Under the pieces are notes generated by a model that had not been told where the DNA came from, ran no database searches, and worked only from the letters and a program-made list of their open reading frames with translations. 64,000 nt of DNA. Origin: Alphaproteobacteria bacterium (GTDB taxonomy: Bacteria > Pseudomonadota > Alphaproteobacteria > UBA828). Where the stretch lies: contig CAXXMU010000001.1 of the NCBI GenBank assembly GCA_963667785.2, positions 352,001 to 416,000 of the forward strand, in the 5' to 3' direction. Below are positions 1 to 8,512 of this stretch, piece by piece. The translations under genes were made by a program, and so were the position numbers. Position 1 is the stretch's first letter. The number at the start of each line of letters is the position of its first letter.

Positions 1-2
1 CG

Positions 3-296
3 GGCGGTCAGCAGCAGCAGCTCGCGATCTCGCGGGCGCTCGCGACCGACCCGAAGATCCTGCTGCTGGACGAGCCGACGGAGGGTATCCAGCCCAACAT
101 CGTGCAGGAGCTCGAAGCCACGATCATGCGGCTCAACACCGAGGTCGGGCTCACGCTCGTGCTCACCGAGCAGCACATCAAGGTCGCGCGCGAGCTCTCG
201 CACGAGTTCGTCATCATGGACAACGGTCTGGTCGTGGAGGGTGGCCCCATCGACCAGTTGACCGACGAGGTCGTCGACAAGTACCTGACGATCTAG
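3..296 (+). CDS. ABC transporter ATP-binding subunit, UrtE/LivF family (5' partial)
   Basis: Frame from nt 3 reads GGQQQQLAISRALATDPKILLLDEPTEGIQPNIV..LTEQH: ABC signature, Walker B with the UrtE-type DEPTEGIQP, H-loop. Confidence 0.88.
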   Translation, partial: GGQQQQLAISRALATDPKILLLDEPTEGIQPNIVQELEATIMRLNTEVGLTLVLTEQHIKVARELSHEFVIMDNGLVVEGGPIDQLTDEVVDKYLTI

Positions 297-339
297 GCAT
301 TCGAGGGCCGAGGGTGAACACGCGAGGGGGAGACCCAGA

Positions 340-780
340 ATGATCCGCATCCCGCCGAAAGGTAGTCCCGAACGGGACCGTCTCATCGAAGAGCACCAGG
401 CGTGCATCGAGTCCATGAAGGGCGTCGCCGGATGCTCGATCCTGCGTTGCGCGACGCAGGGCGACACCACCGAGATCAGCGGCGGCATCCACGAGGACTT
501 CCAGCTCAACCGCGTGCTGCTGCGGATGCGGGCACAGCCGGCGAAGGGCAAGCTCGTGGTGGTCTGCACCAAGATCGAGAAGGAATGGCGCATCGCCCGC
601 TGTTCCGGCATCCGCGGCGTGCCGCCGGAGTTCGTCTCCGACAAGGTGTACGACAACGAGCAGGACCCGCAGCACGACATCTTCCTGATGCGGCTGGACG
701 AGTTCCCGGAGACCGACGGTTTCCCCGAGCACTTCCACCAGGGCTGGAAGCGTCGCGACGACAACTGGGCCGCATCCTAG
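340..780 (+). CDS. dmfA1: N,N-dimethylformamidase small subunit-like protein
   Basis: RLIEEH...RMRAQPAKGKLVVVCTKIEKEWRIARCSGIRGVPP...QHDIFLMRL resembles the DMFase small subunit; GGAG RBS; directly upstream of the large subunit. Confidence 0.75.
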   Translation: MIRIPPKGSPERDRLIEEHQACIESMKGVAGCSILRCATQGDTTEISGGIHEDFQLNRVLLRMRAQPAKGKLVVVCTKIEKEWRIARCSGIRGVPPEFVSDKVYDNEQDPQHDIFLMRLDEFPETDGFPEHFHQGWKRRDDNWAAS

Positions 781-868
781 GACGCGCCCCGACGCGAGGA
801 CCCCACGCGGTAACCGAACACGGCGCGCGAGCGGCCGATCAAGCCCGCGCGATAAGGAGACACAGTCG

Positions 869-3274
869 ATGGCTTGGATGAGACTGACGGGATATGCGGA
901 CAAGTTCGGCGTCCATCCCGGCGATACGATCCGCTTCTACGTGAATTGCGACGGGCCGAAGAAGTACGACGCCCAGCTCGTGAAGATGATCAACGGCGAC
1001 ACCAACCCGCGCGGGCCGGGCCTGATCGAGCGCAGGCGGCGGGCGGCGCTCAACGGCACCTACAAGGGCCGCCGTCAGGTCATCCACAGCGGCTCCTACG
1101 GCTTCGTGGAGGACTGCTCCCAGCTCCGCGCGCAGAGCTTCACGCTCCAGTGCTGGGTGTGGCCGACGACGCCGAAGACTCATCCGAAGTACTGGAAGCA
1201 CGGCGCCCAGGGCCTGGTCACCAAGTGGCACAGGAACAAGGGCTACGGCCTCTTCATCAACGAGGACGGCTGCGCCGAGCTCCGCATCAACGGGAAGAAG
1301 GTCACGACCGGCGCGCCGCTCCGCGACCATGCCTGGCACTTCCTCGCCGCGACCTACGACGCCGAGTCCGGGCAGGCGATCCTCTATCACGAGCCGCAGG
1401 TGGTCTACGCCCTCGACCCGGTGATCAGACCCGCGAAGGAGAAGATCGCAGGGCCGGTCCGGCACGACGCGAGCCCCGCGGTCATCGCAGGCTATACCGG
1501 CGCGCACAGCGACGATCCCACCGCGCGGTCGTCGGTGCCGGCGGGCATCGTCATCAACGGCCACTACAACGGGAAGATCGACGGCCCGCGCATCTGCAAC
1601 CGCGCGCTCAGCCGCGAAGAGATCGAGACCATGAAGCTCGGCGCCCAGCGCGGCATGACCGAGCGGCGCAACTCCGGCCCCACCGGCGCGCTCTCCGAGA
1701 CGATCGTCGCCGCCTGGGACTTCTCCGACGGCATCGACACCATCGTCGGCAAGGACCACGGGCCCTATCTGCTGGATGCGCAGATCGTCAACTGCCCGAC
1801 CCGGGCCATGACCGGCCACAACCACTCGGGCGACAACTTCGACTGGAAGCACGCGCAGAGCGAGTACGGCGCCATCCACTTCCACGACGACGACGTGGAC
1901 GATGCGCGCTGGGAAGTCGACTTCGAGTGGACCGTCCCGGCGAACTACGAGAGCGATTCCTACTGCGTGAAGCTCACCACGGACGAAGGCGACGAGGACT
2001 ACATCCCCTTCTTCGTGGTGCCGCGCCCCGGCGAGGAGCAGGCCAAGATCGCGGTGATGATGCCGACGATCAGCTACATGGCCTACGCCAACGAGCATCT
2101 CGCCAACAACGCCGGCGGGGCGGAGCTGCTGGTCTACCGCGTGCCGATCATGCAGCACCAGAACATGTTCCTGGCCGAGCACCGCGAGTATGGCGGCTCG
2201 ATCTACGACACCCATACCGACGGCAGCGGCCTCTGCCTCTCGTCCCGGCTCAGGCCGATCCTCAGCATCCGGCCGCAGTACGACCACTTCCTGATGCAGG
2301 CGCCGTGGCAGTATCCCGCCGACCTGCACCTGATCTACTGGCTCAATCAGCTTGGCTACAAGTACGACGTCATCACCGACGAGGACGTGAACTATGACGG
2401 CCTCGCGCGGCTGGAGAACTACAACGTCGTGATCACGGGCTCGCATCCGGAGCACAACTCCGGCCCGCAGCTCGACGCGATCCACGACTACACCCAGCGC
2501 GGCGGCCGCTTCATGTACATGGGCGCGGACGGCTTCTACTGGATCCACTCCTACCATCCGGCCTACGACCATCTCGGCCGCGGCATCATCACCGAGATGC
2601 GCCGATGCGAATCCGGCATCAGGACCTGGCGTGCCGATCCCGGCGAGTACTACCACCAGTCGACCGGCGAGCTCGGCGGCATGTGGCGCTATCGTGGGCG
2701 CTACCTGCACTCGGTCGCCGGCACCGGCATGTCGTCGGAAGGCTTCGACATCTCCAGCTACTACTCGCGCACGCCGGAGAGCAACGATCCGCGCGTCTCG
2801 TGGGCCTACGAGGGCATCGGCTACGACGAGAAGATCGGCAACTTCGGCCTGGTCGGCGGCGGTGCCGCCGGCACCGAGCTCGACATCGTCGACACCCTGC
2901 TCGGCTCGCCGCCGCACACGCTGATCACCGCGACCTCGGCGGGCCGCCACACCGAGGGCTACCTGCTGGTGATGGAGGACTTCGGCTTCAACCAGCAGGG
3001 CCTCGACGGCACCCAGCACCCGCGCGTGCGCTCGGACATCGCCTATCACGAGACGCCCAACGGCGGCGCCTGCTTCGCCTTCAGCTCGATCGCCTTCTGC
3101 GGCTCGCTGCCGTGGAACAACGGCGATCCCGAGAAGAACAACATCTCGCGGCTGGTGAAGAACGTGCTCGACCGCTTCTCGCAGGACGGCCCGCTGCCGC
3201 CGCCGCCGCGCAGTGCCATCCAGCATCGCGGTCGCGCCGATTACGATCCGCCGCTCAACAAGAAGCGGAAATAG
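869..3274 (+). CDS. dmfA2: N,N-dimethylformamidase large subunit
   Basis: 801 aa; GDTNPRGPG, LamG-like N-terminal region, AIHFHDDD, YMAYANEH, SIYDTHTDG, GSHPEH, GLVGGGAAGTELD; AAGGAG RBS. Confidence 0.9.
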   Translation: MAWMRLTGYADKFGVHPGDTIRFYVNCDGPKKYDAQLVKMINGDTNPRGPGLIERRRRAALNGTYKGRRQVIHSGSYGFVEDCSQLRAQSFTLQCWVWPTTPKTHPKYWKHGAQGLVTKWHRNKGYGLFINEDGCAELRINGKKVTTGAPLRDHAWHFLAATYDAESGQAILYHEPQVVYALDPVIRPAKEKIAGPVRHDASPAVIAGYTGAHSDDPTARSSVPAGIVINGHYNGKIDGPRICNRALSREEIETMKLGAQRGMTERRNSGPTGALSETIVAAWDFSDGIDTIVGKDHGPYLLDAQIVNCPTRAMTGHNHSGDNFDWKHAQSEYGAIHFHDDDVDDARWEVDFEWTVPANYESDSYCVKLTTDEGDEDYIPFFVVPRPGEEQAKIAVMMPTISYMAYANEHLANNAGGAELLVYRVPIMQHQNMFLAEHREYGGSIYDTHTDGSGLCLSSRLRPILSIRPQYDHFLMQAPWQYPADLHLIYWLNQLGYKYDVITDEDVNYDGLARLENYNVVITGSHPEHNSGPQLDAIHDYTQRGGRFMYMGADGFYWIHSYHPAYDHLGRGIITEMRRCESGIRTWRADPGEYYHQSTGELGGMWRYRGRYLHSVAGTGMSSEGFDISSYYSRTPESNDPRVSWAYEGIGYDEKIGNFGLVGGGAAGTELDIVDTLLGSPPHTLITATSAGRHTEGYLLVMEDFGFNQQGLDGTQHPRVRSDIAYHETPNGGACFAFSSIAFCGSLPWNNGDPEKNNISRLVKNVLDRFSQDGPLPPPPRSAIQHRGRADYDPPLNKKRK

Positions 3275-3294
3275 CGGCTCGCTTCGGGCGCGGA

Positions 3295-3319
3295 CGGGGC
3301 GGGTGGCGCACCCGCCCCG
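3295..3319 (+). other. GC-rich stem-loop between dmfA2 and the Rieske-like gene
   Basis: cggggcgggtg-gcg-cacccgccccg, 11-bp perfect stem, no U-tract; possible mRNA-stabilising or attenuating hairpin. Confidence 0.4.
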
Positions 3320-3346
3320 GCGCGGCGCGGCCGAGGGTCTGGCCCG

Positions 3347-4468
3347 ATGACGATGCGGCCCGATCTCGACTACATGGACGAGGGCGTCGATCTCCAGGAT
3401 CCCGCCCTCTACAAGCCGTCGCGCGGACCCTTCGGCAGGGCCCGCATCCTCACGCCCATCGCCTATCGCTCCAAGGTCTTCGCCGACCTTGAGGACGAGA
3501 AGATCTGGACGCGGAGCTGGATCTGCATCGGCTCCCATCGCGACATTCCGAACGTCGGCGACCTCCTGCCCTACACCGTCGGCAATCACGGCGTTCACGT
3601 GCAGCGCGGCGGCGACGGGCTGATCGGGCGCTACAATCTCGCCCAGCACGGCGGCTGTCGCTTCGTGCCGGCGCAATGCCAGACCGGCTCCAAGACCAGG
3701 TGCTCGTTCACCTCGTGCGGCTACAGCCGCGATCGCGGGGTGATCGCGGCCGACGAGCTCGGCGACGACACGCCGACCATGCGTCAGTATCTCGGCTTTC
3801 GGCCCGAGCGCCTGCTGCCGGTCACGGTGGAAAGCGAGGGGCCGCTCCTCTTCGTCAATCTCGACCCGGAGGCCGCCCCGCTCGCGGCCCGGCTGGGCGA
3901 CATCGCCGAAACTCTCGCCCTCGAAGACGCGGAGCCCCGGGACGACGCCGAGAGCTTCCGGGCGGAGTATGGCGCCAACTGGAAGCTCCTCGGCCGCGCG
4001 CTGCTGCGTTCCCTCGCGCCCGAGGCCAGGCCTGCGAAGAAGGGAAATGCCGACGCGATTGTTCTCGACGCGGCCTCCGATTTTTCCGGCGCGCCCGCGA
4101 CCGTCCACTGGCTCCTGCCTAACCTGATCCTGCTGCGGGGCGAGGGCCATCTGTTGAGCATCGTGCTGCAGCCCACCGCGCTCGAGGAGACGCTGGCCCG
4201 GGTCAGGCTCGCCGCCGCAGGGCCCGTCGATTCCGGCACGCTCGCGGCCTTGCGCGCCGCCCTCGACGAGGCCGACGCCACGGCGGCGGCGCTGCAGGAG
4301 GAGCTGGGGCGCTTCGGCACGCCGTCGCGGCCCCGCACCAGCCTGAAGAAGCTCCCCCTCGAGCGGGACCGCGCCGCCCTTCTGTTGCAGGCCTACGTGA
4401 TCGGGCGCGTGCTGAAGCGTCACGAGCTCCACTGGTCGGGCCCGCTCTACGCGGCCGCCGCGCGCTGA
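3347..4468 (+). CDS. Rieske oxygenase alpha-subunit-like protein with non-canonical cluster ligands
   Basis: EDEKIWTRSWICIG..DIPNVGD, GPLLFVNLDP and ANWKL match the ring-hydroxylating oxygenase scaffold; Rieske CxH/CxxH boxes are altered. Confidence 0.7.
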   Translation: MTMRPDLDYMDEGVDLQDPALYKPSRGPFGRARILTPIAYRSKVFADLEDEKIWTRSWICIGSHRDIPNVGDLLPYTVGNHGVHVQRGGDGLIGRYNLAQHGGCRFVPAQCQTGSKTRCSFTSCGYSRDRGVIAADELGDDTPTMRQYLGFRPERLLPVTVESEGPLLFVNLDPEAAPLAARLGDIAETLALEDAEPRDDAESFRAEYGANWKLLGRALLRSLAPEARPAKKGNADAIVLDAASDFSGAPATVHWLLPNLILLRGEGHLLSIVLQPTALEETLARVRLAAAGPVDSGTLAALRAALDEADATAAALQEELGRFGTPSRPRTSLKKLPLERDRAALLLQAYVIGRVLKRHELHWSGPLYAAAAR

Positions 4469-4773
4469 TGGTCTACAGCGTTCAGCAGATCAAGTACGAG
4501 ATCCTCGCCTACATCAGGGAGTTCGGCGGGGACTTCGGCGACTACTACGTGGGAATAGCGGCCGACCCTAAGAAGACCCTTCTCGACGTCCACAAGGTGG
4601 ACGAGGCCGCCGATCCCTGGCTCTACAAGCAGGCGCTCACCTTCTACGCCGCGCAGACGGTCCAGGACTACTTCCTGCGCCGGCTCAAGGCCGACGGCGA
4701 GCCGGTGCGCGACGGCGACGAGGATATGGACTGCGTCTATGTCTACAAGAAGAGCGAGCGGACCGTCCCGTAG
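4468..4773 (+). CDS. Hypothetical protein (101 aa), coupled to the Rieske-like gene
   Basis: TGATG stop/start overlap; host-like codon usage; YYVGIAADP...CVYVYKK. Confidence 0.75.
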   Translation: MVYSVQQIKYEILAYIREFGGDFGDYYVGIAADPKKTLLDVHKVDEAADPWLYKQALTFYAAQTVQDYFLRRLKADGEPVRDGDEDMDCVYVYKKSERTVP

Positions 4774-4807
4774 CGGGCGGCGCCGGGCGAAGGCCGGCGA
4801 GGCCGGC

Positions 4808-5500
4808 GTGAGGGCGGCGCGCGCGGAGCGCGAGGCCGAAGCGATCGAGGAGGGGCGCCGCGCCTACATGGCCCGCGACTTCGAGCGGGCGCGGGCTCTC
4901 TGGCTGCCGCTCGCCGAGGCGGGCAACGCCGAGGCCCAGGCCTGGGTCGGCTCGCTCCATGCCAACGGGGACGGCGTCGAGGCCGACGCGGCGGCGGCCT
5001 TCGCGTGGTATCTCAAGTCGGCCGAGGGCCGGAACGTGCTGGCCCAGAGCAACGTCGGCGCGATGTACGCCATGGGCAGCGGCGTCGCCCAGGACATGGC
5101 GGAGGCGGTACGCTGGCTGCGCCGCGCGGCCCGCGGCGGCGACGCCAACGCCCGCTTCAACCTCGGCGTGCTCTACGGCCAGGGCAACGGCGTGCCCCGG
5201 AACAACGCCCGCGCCGCCGAGTGGTACCGCAAGGCGGCGGAAACGGGGCACTACCAGTCCCAGGCCCGTCTCGGCCACATGTACCTGGCGGGCGAGGGCG
5301 TGAAGAGGGACCGCGTGCAGGCCTTCCTCTGGCTCTCGCTCGCCGCCCGGCACGGCATCGGCAGCGCGCTCACCGCCCTCGAAGCGGTGGTCAAGGAGAT
5401 GTCCTCGGACGAGAAGGCCGCGGGCATGCGTCTCGTCGCCCAGTGGCGCGGCAGGGCGGACGGCGAGGCCGACGTGCTCATCGATCCGGTGCCCGTCTGA
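4808..5500 (+). CDS. Sel1-like repeat (TPR) protein
   Basis: Four repeats of the type AxAGNAEAQ..LG.LY..G.GV..D...A..WY.KAA; GTG start uncertain. Confidence 0.88.
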   Translation: MRAARAEREAEAIEEGRRAYMARDFERARALWLPLAEAGNAEAQAWVGSLHANGDGVEADAAAAFAWYLKSAEGRNVLAQSNVGAMYAMGSGVAQDMAEAVRWLRRAARGGDANARFNLGVLYGQGNGVPRNNARAAEWYRKAAETGHYQSQARLGHMYLAGEGVKRDRVQAFLWLSLAARHGIGSALTALEAVVKEMSSDEKAAGMRLVAQWRGRADGEADVLIDPVPV

Positions 5501-5520
5501 CGGGACGGCGGCCGGTATCC

Positions 5521-6018
5521 TCAGCCGGCCGGCGCCGGCGCGGCGCAGGCGAAGCGGTCGATCACCCCGGTCTTGTCGTTCACCTCGATCTCGAAGGTCC
5601 GCTCGGCGAGCTCGCCCCAGAGGCCCGATTCCCCGGTCGGGCAGGCATTGTGCGGCCCGATCTCGCCGGGCCGTGCCGCCTCGCCGTGGCGGCGGGAGCG
5701 GATGCCGGGGGAGAAGTGGAGCGTCACCTCCGCCGCGCCCGTCTCGCCGCGGACGATGTCGCCGGTCTCCCAGCCGCCCGGCAGGTCGTGGCTCCGGTAA
5801 TAGCGCTTGAGCCGGCGCAGGGTGTCCGCGGGATCGGCTGCCTCTTCGGCGCCGGTCTCCGTCGTCTGCCCCTCGGTGCCTGCGCCGCCGCGGCGGAGCT
5901 GCTGCCCGGTCTCGTAGACGATCACGAACAGCAGAAGAATCCCGACGATGATGCCGTAGCGGAGCCACCGCCGCTTCGATGGCGCCTTGGCCGCGCCGCG
6001 TCCGCCGCGTCGTCCCAC
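5521..6018 (-). CDS. Hypothetical membrane-anchored protein
   Basis: Basic N-terminus, one TM helix (YGIIVGILLLFVIVY), soluble domain with two Cys. Confidence 0.65.
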   Translation of the reverse strand: MGRRGGRGAAKAPSKRRWLRYGIIVGILLLFVIVYETGQQLRRGGAGTEGQTTETGAEEAADPADTLRRLKRYYRSHDLPGGWETGDIVRGETGAAEVTLHFSPGIRSRRHGEAARPGEIGPHNACPTGESGLWGELAERTFEIEVNDKTGVIDRFACAAPAPAG

Positions 6019-6094
6019 GATGTTTCCGTCGCTTTCGAGTAAGATCGCCGTCTCTCGGGCGCAGGATAGCGGTCGCGGTCAGGGGAGTGAAACG

Positions 6095-6370
6095 ATGCCG
6101 ATTCCGCGGAACATTCAGGAGGAGCTCGACAAGAGGGACGAGCTGATCCTGGCTCTGGAACTGCTGGTTGTCGATCAGGCCTGCCGCCTGCTCGCTGCGG
6201 AGGCGGTGCTGCGCGAGCTCGTCCCGGCCAAGCGGAAGCCCTCGCAGGAAAAGATCGAGGCCCACATCGCTGAAGCCGCCGAGCGCTTCCGTCAGCGCTT
6301 CGAGGGCGAGAGCGTGGCGGGCTTCACCGACCGCGCGAAGCGCATCGCGGCCGATCTGGTCGGGCGATAG
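6095..6370 (+). CDS. Hypothetical helical protein (91 aa)
   Basis: GGGGAG RBS before ATG 6095; MPIPRNIQEELDKRDELILALELL...; non-shadow composition. Confidence 0.65.
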   Translation: MPIPRNIQEELDKRDELILALELLVVDQACRLLAAEAVLRELVPAKRKPSQEKIEAHIAEAAERFRQRFEGESVAGFTDRAKRIAADLVGR

Positions 6371-6403
6371 CGCGCTCCGCCCGCTCGCCCGCGCCGCCCT
6401 GCC

Positions 6404-7156
6404 TCAGGGCGCGCGGCGCGCCGCGATCAGAAACTCGGTGTTGCCGTCGCGTCCCGTGATCGGGCTTTCGACGAGGCCCGTGACCGGCCAGGCTGCTGCC
6501 GCGAGCCAGTCGCGGATCGTGGCGCAGACCTCTTCGTGAACGGACGCGTCGCGAACGATGCCGCCCTTGCCCACGCGGCCCCGGCCCGCCTCGAACTGCG
6601 GCTTGATGAGGGCGACGAGGCGAGCGCCCGGAGCGGCCAGCGCGAGCGCGGCCGGCAGCACCGTGCGCAGGCCGATGAAGCTCGCGTCGCAGACGATGAG
6701 GTCGACCGGCTCCGGCACGTGGGCGGCGGTGAGGTGGCGGGCATTGGTCCGCTCCAGCACCGTGACGCGCGAATCGTTCCGCAGGCTGTCCGCGAGCTGG
6801 CCGTAGCCGACATCGACCGCGTAGACCCGCCGCGCCCCGCGCGTACACAGCACGTCGGTGAAGCCGCCGGTCGACGCGCCGATATCGAGCGCCGTGAGCC
6901 CTTGTGGATCGATGCGGAAGCAGGTGAGCGCGTGATCCAGCTTCACCCCGCCGCGCGAGACCCAGGGGTGCGCCGCGCCCCGCACCGTGAGCGCTAGGTC
7001 GGACTCGACGCGGAGGCCGGGCTTGTCGAGGCGCCGCTCGCCCGAGAACACCCGGCCTGCCAGCAGAAGCGCCTGCGCCTTGGTCCTGGTCTCGGCCAGG
7101 CCGCGCGCCACCATCAGGGTGTCGAGCCGCTCCTTGACCTGCGTCTGGCGGCTCAG
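6404..7156 (-). CDS. tlyA: TlyA family rRNA (cytidine-2'-O)-methyltransferase
   Basis: KERLDTLMVARGL S4 domain, WVSRGGVKL, LDIGASTGGFTDVL, VDVGYGQL, LIKPQFE, SPITGRDGNTEF; start placed at a CTG overlapping the ispA stop (first ATG is at 7114). Confidence 0.9.
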   Translation of the reverse strand: MSRQTQVKERLDTLMVARGLAETRTKAQALLLAGRVFSGERRLDKPGLRVESDLALTVRGAAHPWVSRGGVKLDHALTCFRIDPQGLTALDIGASTGGFTDVLCTRGARRVYAVDVGYGQLADSLRNDSRVTVLERTNARHLTAAHVPEPVDLIVCDASFIGLRTVLPAALALAAPGARLVALIKPQFEAGRGRVGKGGIVRDASVHEEVCATIRDWLAAAAWPVTGLVESPITGRDGNTEFLIAARRAP

Positions 7157-8040
7157 TGGCGCCGTTCCACGATGTAGCGGGCGACGGCGCGGAGCGGCTC
7201 GGCCCTGTCATCGAAGCGGCCGAGCGCGGCGATGGCGTCGTCCGCCAGAGCGCCCGCCCGCCGGCGTGCCTCCTCGGCACCGAGCAGGCCGACGAAGGTC
7301 GCCTTGCCGGCGGCGGCATCCTTGCCCACGGCCTTGCCGAGATCCGCCTCCGAGCCCTCGTGATCGAGCAGGTCGTCGGCGATCTGGAACGCGAGGCCGA
7401 TGCGGGCGGCGTAGTCGCGAAGCGCCGCGCGGGCCGCACCGTCCTCGCGCGCGAGAATGGCGCCGGCCTCGCAGGAGAAGCCGAACAGCGCCCCGGTCTT
7501 GAGCTGCTGCAGGCGGACGATCTCGTCGAGGCCGAGCTCGCGGGTCTCCGCCGCCAGGTCGATCGCCTGGCCGCCGGCCATCCCGTCCGCGCCGGCGGCG
7601 CGTGCGAGCGCGCAGGCGAGGGCCGCGCGCACGCCAGCGTCCGGATGGCCCGAGGGCGCCGTGACCGCCTCGAAGGCGAGCGTCAGCAGCGAATCGCCGA
7701 CCAGGATCGCCGTCGCCTCGTCGAAGGCGATGTGGCAGGTGGGCTTGCCGCGCCTGAGGTCGTCGTCGTCCATTGCCGGCAGGTCGTCGTGGACGAGGGA
7801 GTAGGTGTGCACCATCTCGATGGCGGCGGCGGTGTTGACCGACCAGGCGCGCGGCACGTCGAAGAGGTCGGCGCCCGAGAGGACCAGGAAGGGGCGCAGC
7901 CGCTTGCCGCCGGCAAAGAGCGAATAGCGCATCGCCTCGTAGAGGCGCCCGTTCTCGCCGTTGGTCAGGGGAACCAGTGAATCGAGCGCCGTGTCCACGG
8001 CCTCCGCGGCCTCGCGGAGCGCTTCTTCCAGCGTCGTCAC
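7153..8040 (-). CDS. ispA: Geranyltranstransferase / farnesyl diphosphate synthase
   Basis: GGKRLRP, SLVHDDLPAMDDDDLRRGKPT, KTGALF, FQIADDLLD. Confidence 0.95.
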   Translation of the reverse strand: MTTLEEALREAAEAVDTALDSLVPLTNGENGRLYEAMRYSLFAGGKRLRPFLVLSGADLFDVPRAWSVNTAAAIEMVHTYSLVHDDLPAMDDDDLRRGKPTCHIAFDEATAILVGDSLLTLAFEAVTAPSGHPDAGVRAALACALARAAGADGMAGGQAIDLAAETRELGLDEIVRLQQLKTGALFGFSCEAGAILAREDGAARAALRDYAARIGLAFQIADDLLDHEGSEADLGKAVGKDAAAGKATFVGLLGAEEARRRAGALADDAIAALGRFDDRAEPLRAVARYIVERRH

Positions 8041-8051
8041 CCGGGCGCCTC

Positions 8052-8300
8052 TCAGCCGGTCTCGAACGGCTCGGTCTGGACGGCGCCGGCCGCATCGCCG
8101 TCGATCTTCTCGACGCGGAGCTCGGCCTGCCGGAGCTTCTCCTCGCAGAACTTCTTCAGCCGGACGCCGCGTTCGTAGGCGGCAATTGCCGCTTCGAGGC
8201 CGGTATCGCCGGCCTCCAGCTCGTGCACGATCCCCTCAAGCTCGCTCATCGCGCTCTCGAAGGTCTGTGCCTCGCCGTCCTTCTCGTCGCCCTCGCCCAT
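8052..8300 (-). CDS. xseB: Exodeoxyribonuclease VII small subunit
   Basis: TFESAMSELEGIVHELEAG..LEAAIAAYERG..L...CEEKLRQAELRV; upstream of ispA. Confidence 0.95.
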   Translation of the reverse strand: MGEGDEKDGEAQTFESAMSELEGIVHELEAGDTGLEAAIAAYERGVRLKKFCEEKLRQAELRVEKIDGDAAGAVQTEPFETG

Positions 8301-8361
8301 GGGCCGAGTCTAGGGTGTGCCCGCACCCGCGGCAAGCAGGGCGCCCGGCCGCCGGGCGCGG

Positions 8362-8512
8362 CTAGCGCGTGTCCGCTTTACACGGAAACGCTCCAGCCTC
8401 TTTGTCGCTCACGGCAGCCGGCCTGTGGCCGGCGCCTCCGCGAGGGCGCCGCATAAGCGGCGGGCCGCAGTCGCGGCCTGTCGCGTATCCGTCAAAGACG
8501 GATACGCTCTAG
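8362..8512. repeat. CTAG-bounded miniature inverted-repeat element with hairpin ends
   Basis: Left end ctagcgcgtgtccg vs reverse complement of right end ctagagcgtatccg (12/14); right end holds the perfect hairpin gcgtatccgtc-aaa-gacggatacgc. Confidence 0.55.

Noticed and set aside
839-4432. 1197-aa minus-strand ORF
   Set aside because: Antisense shadow of dmfA2 and the Rieske-like gene, produced by high-GC codon bias; no motifs
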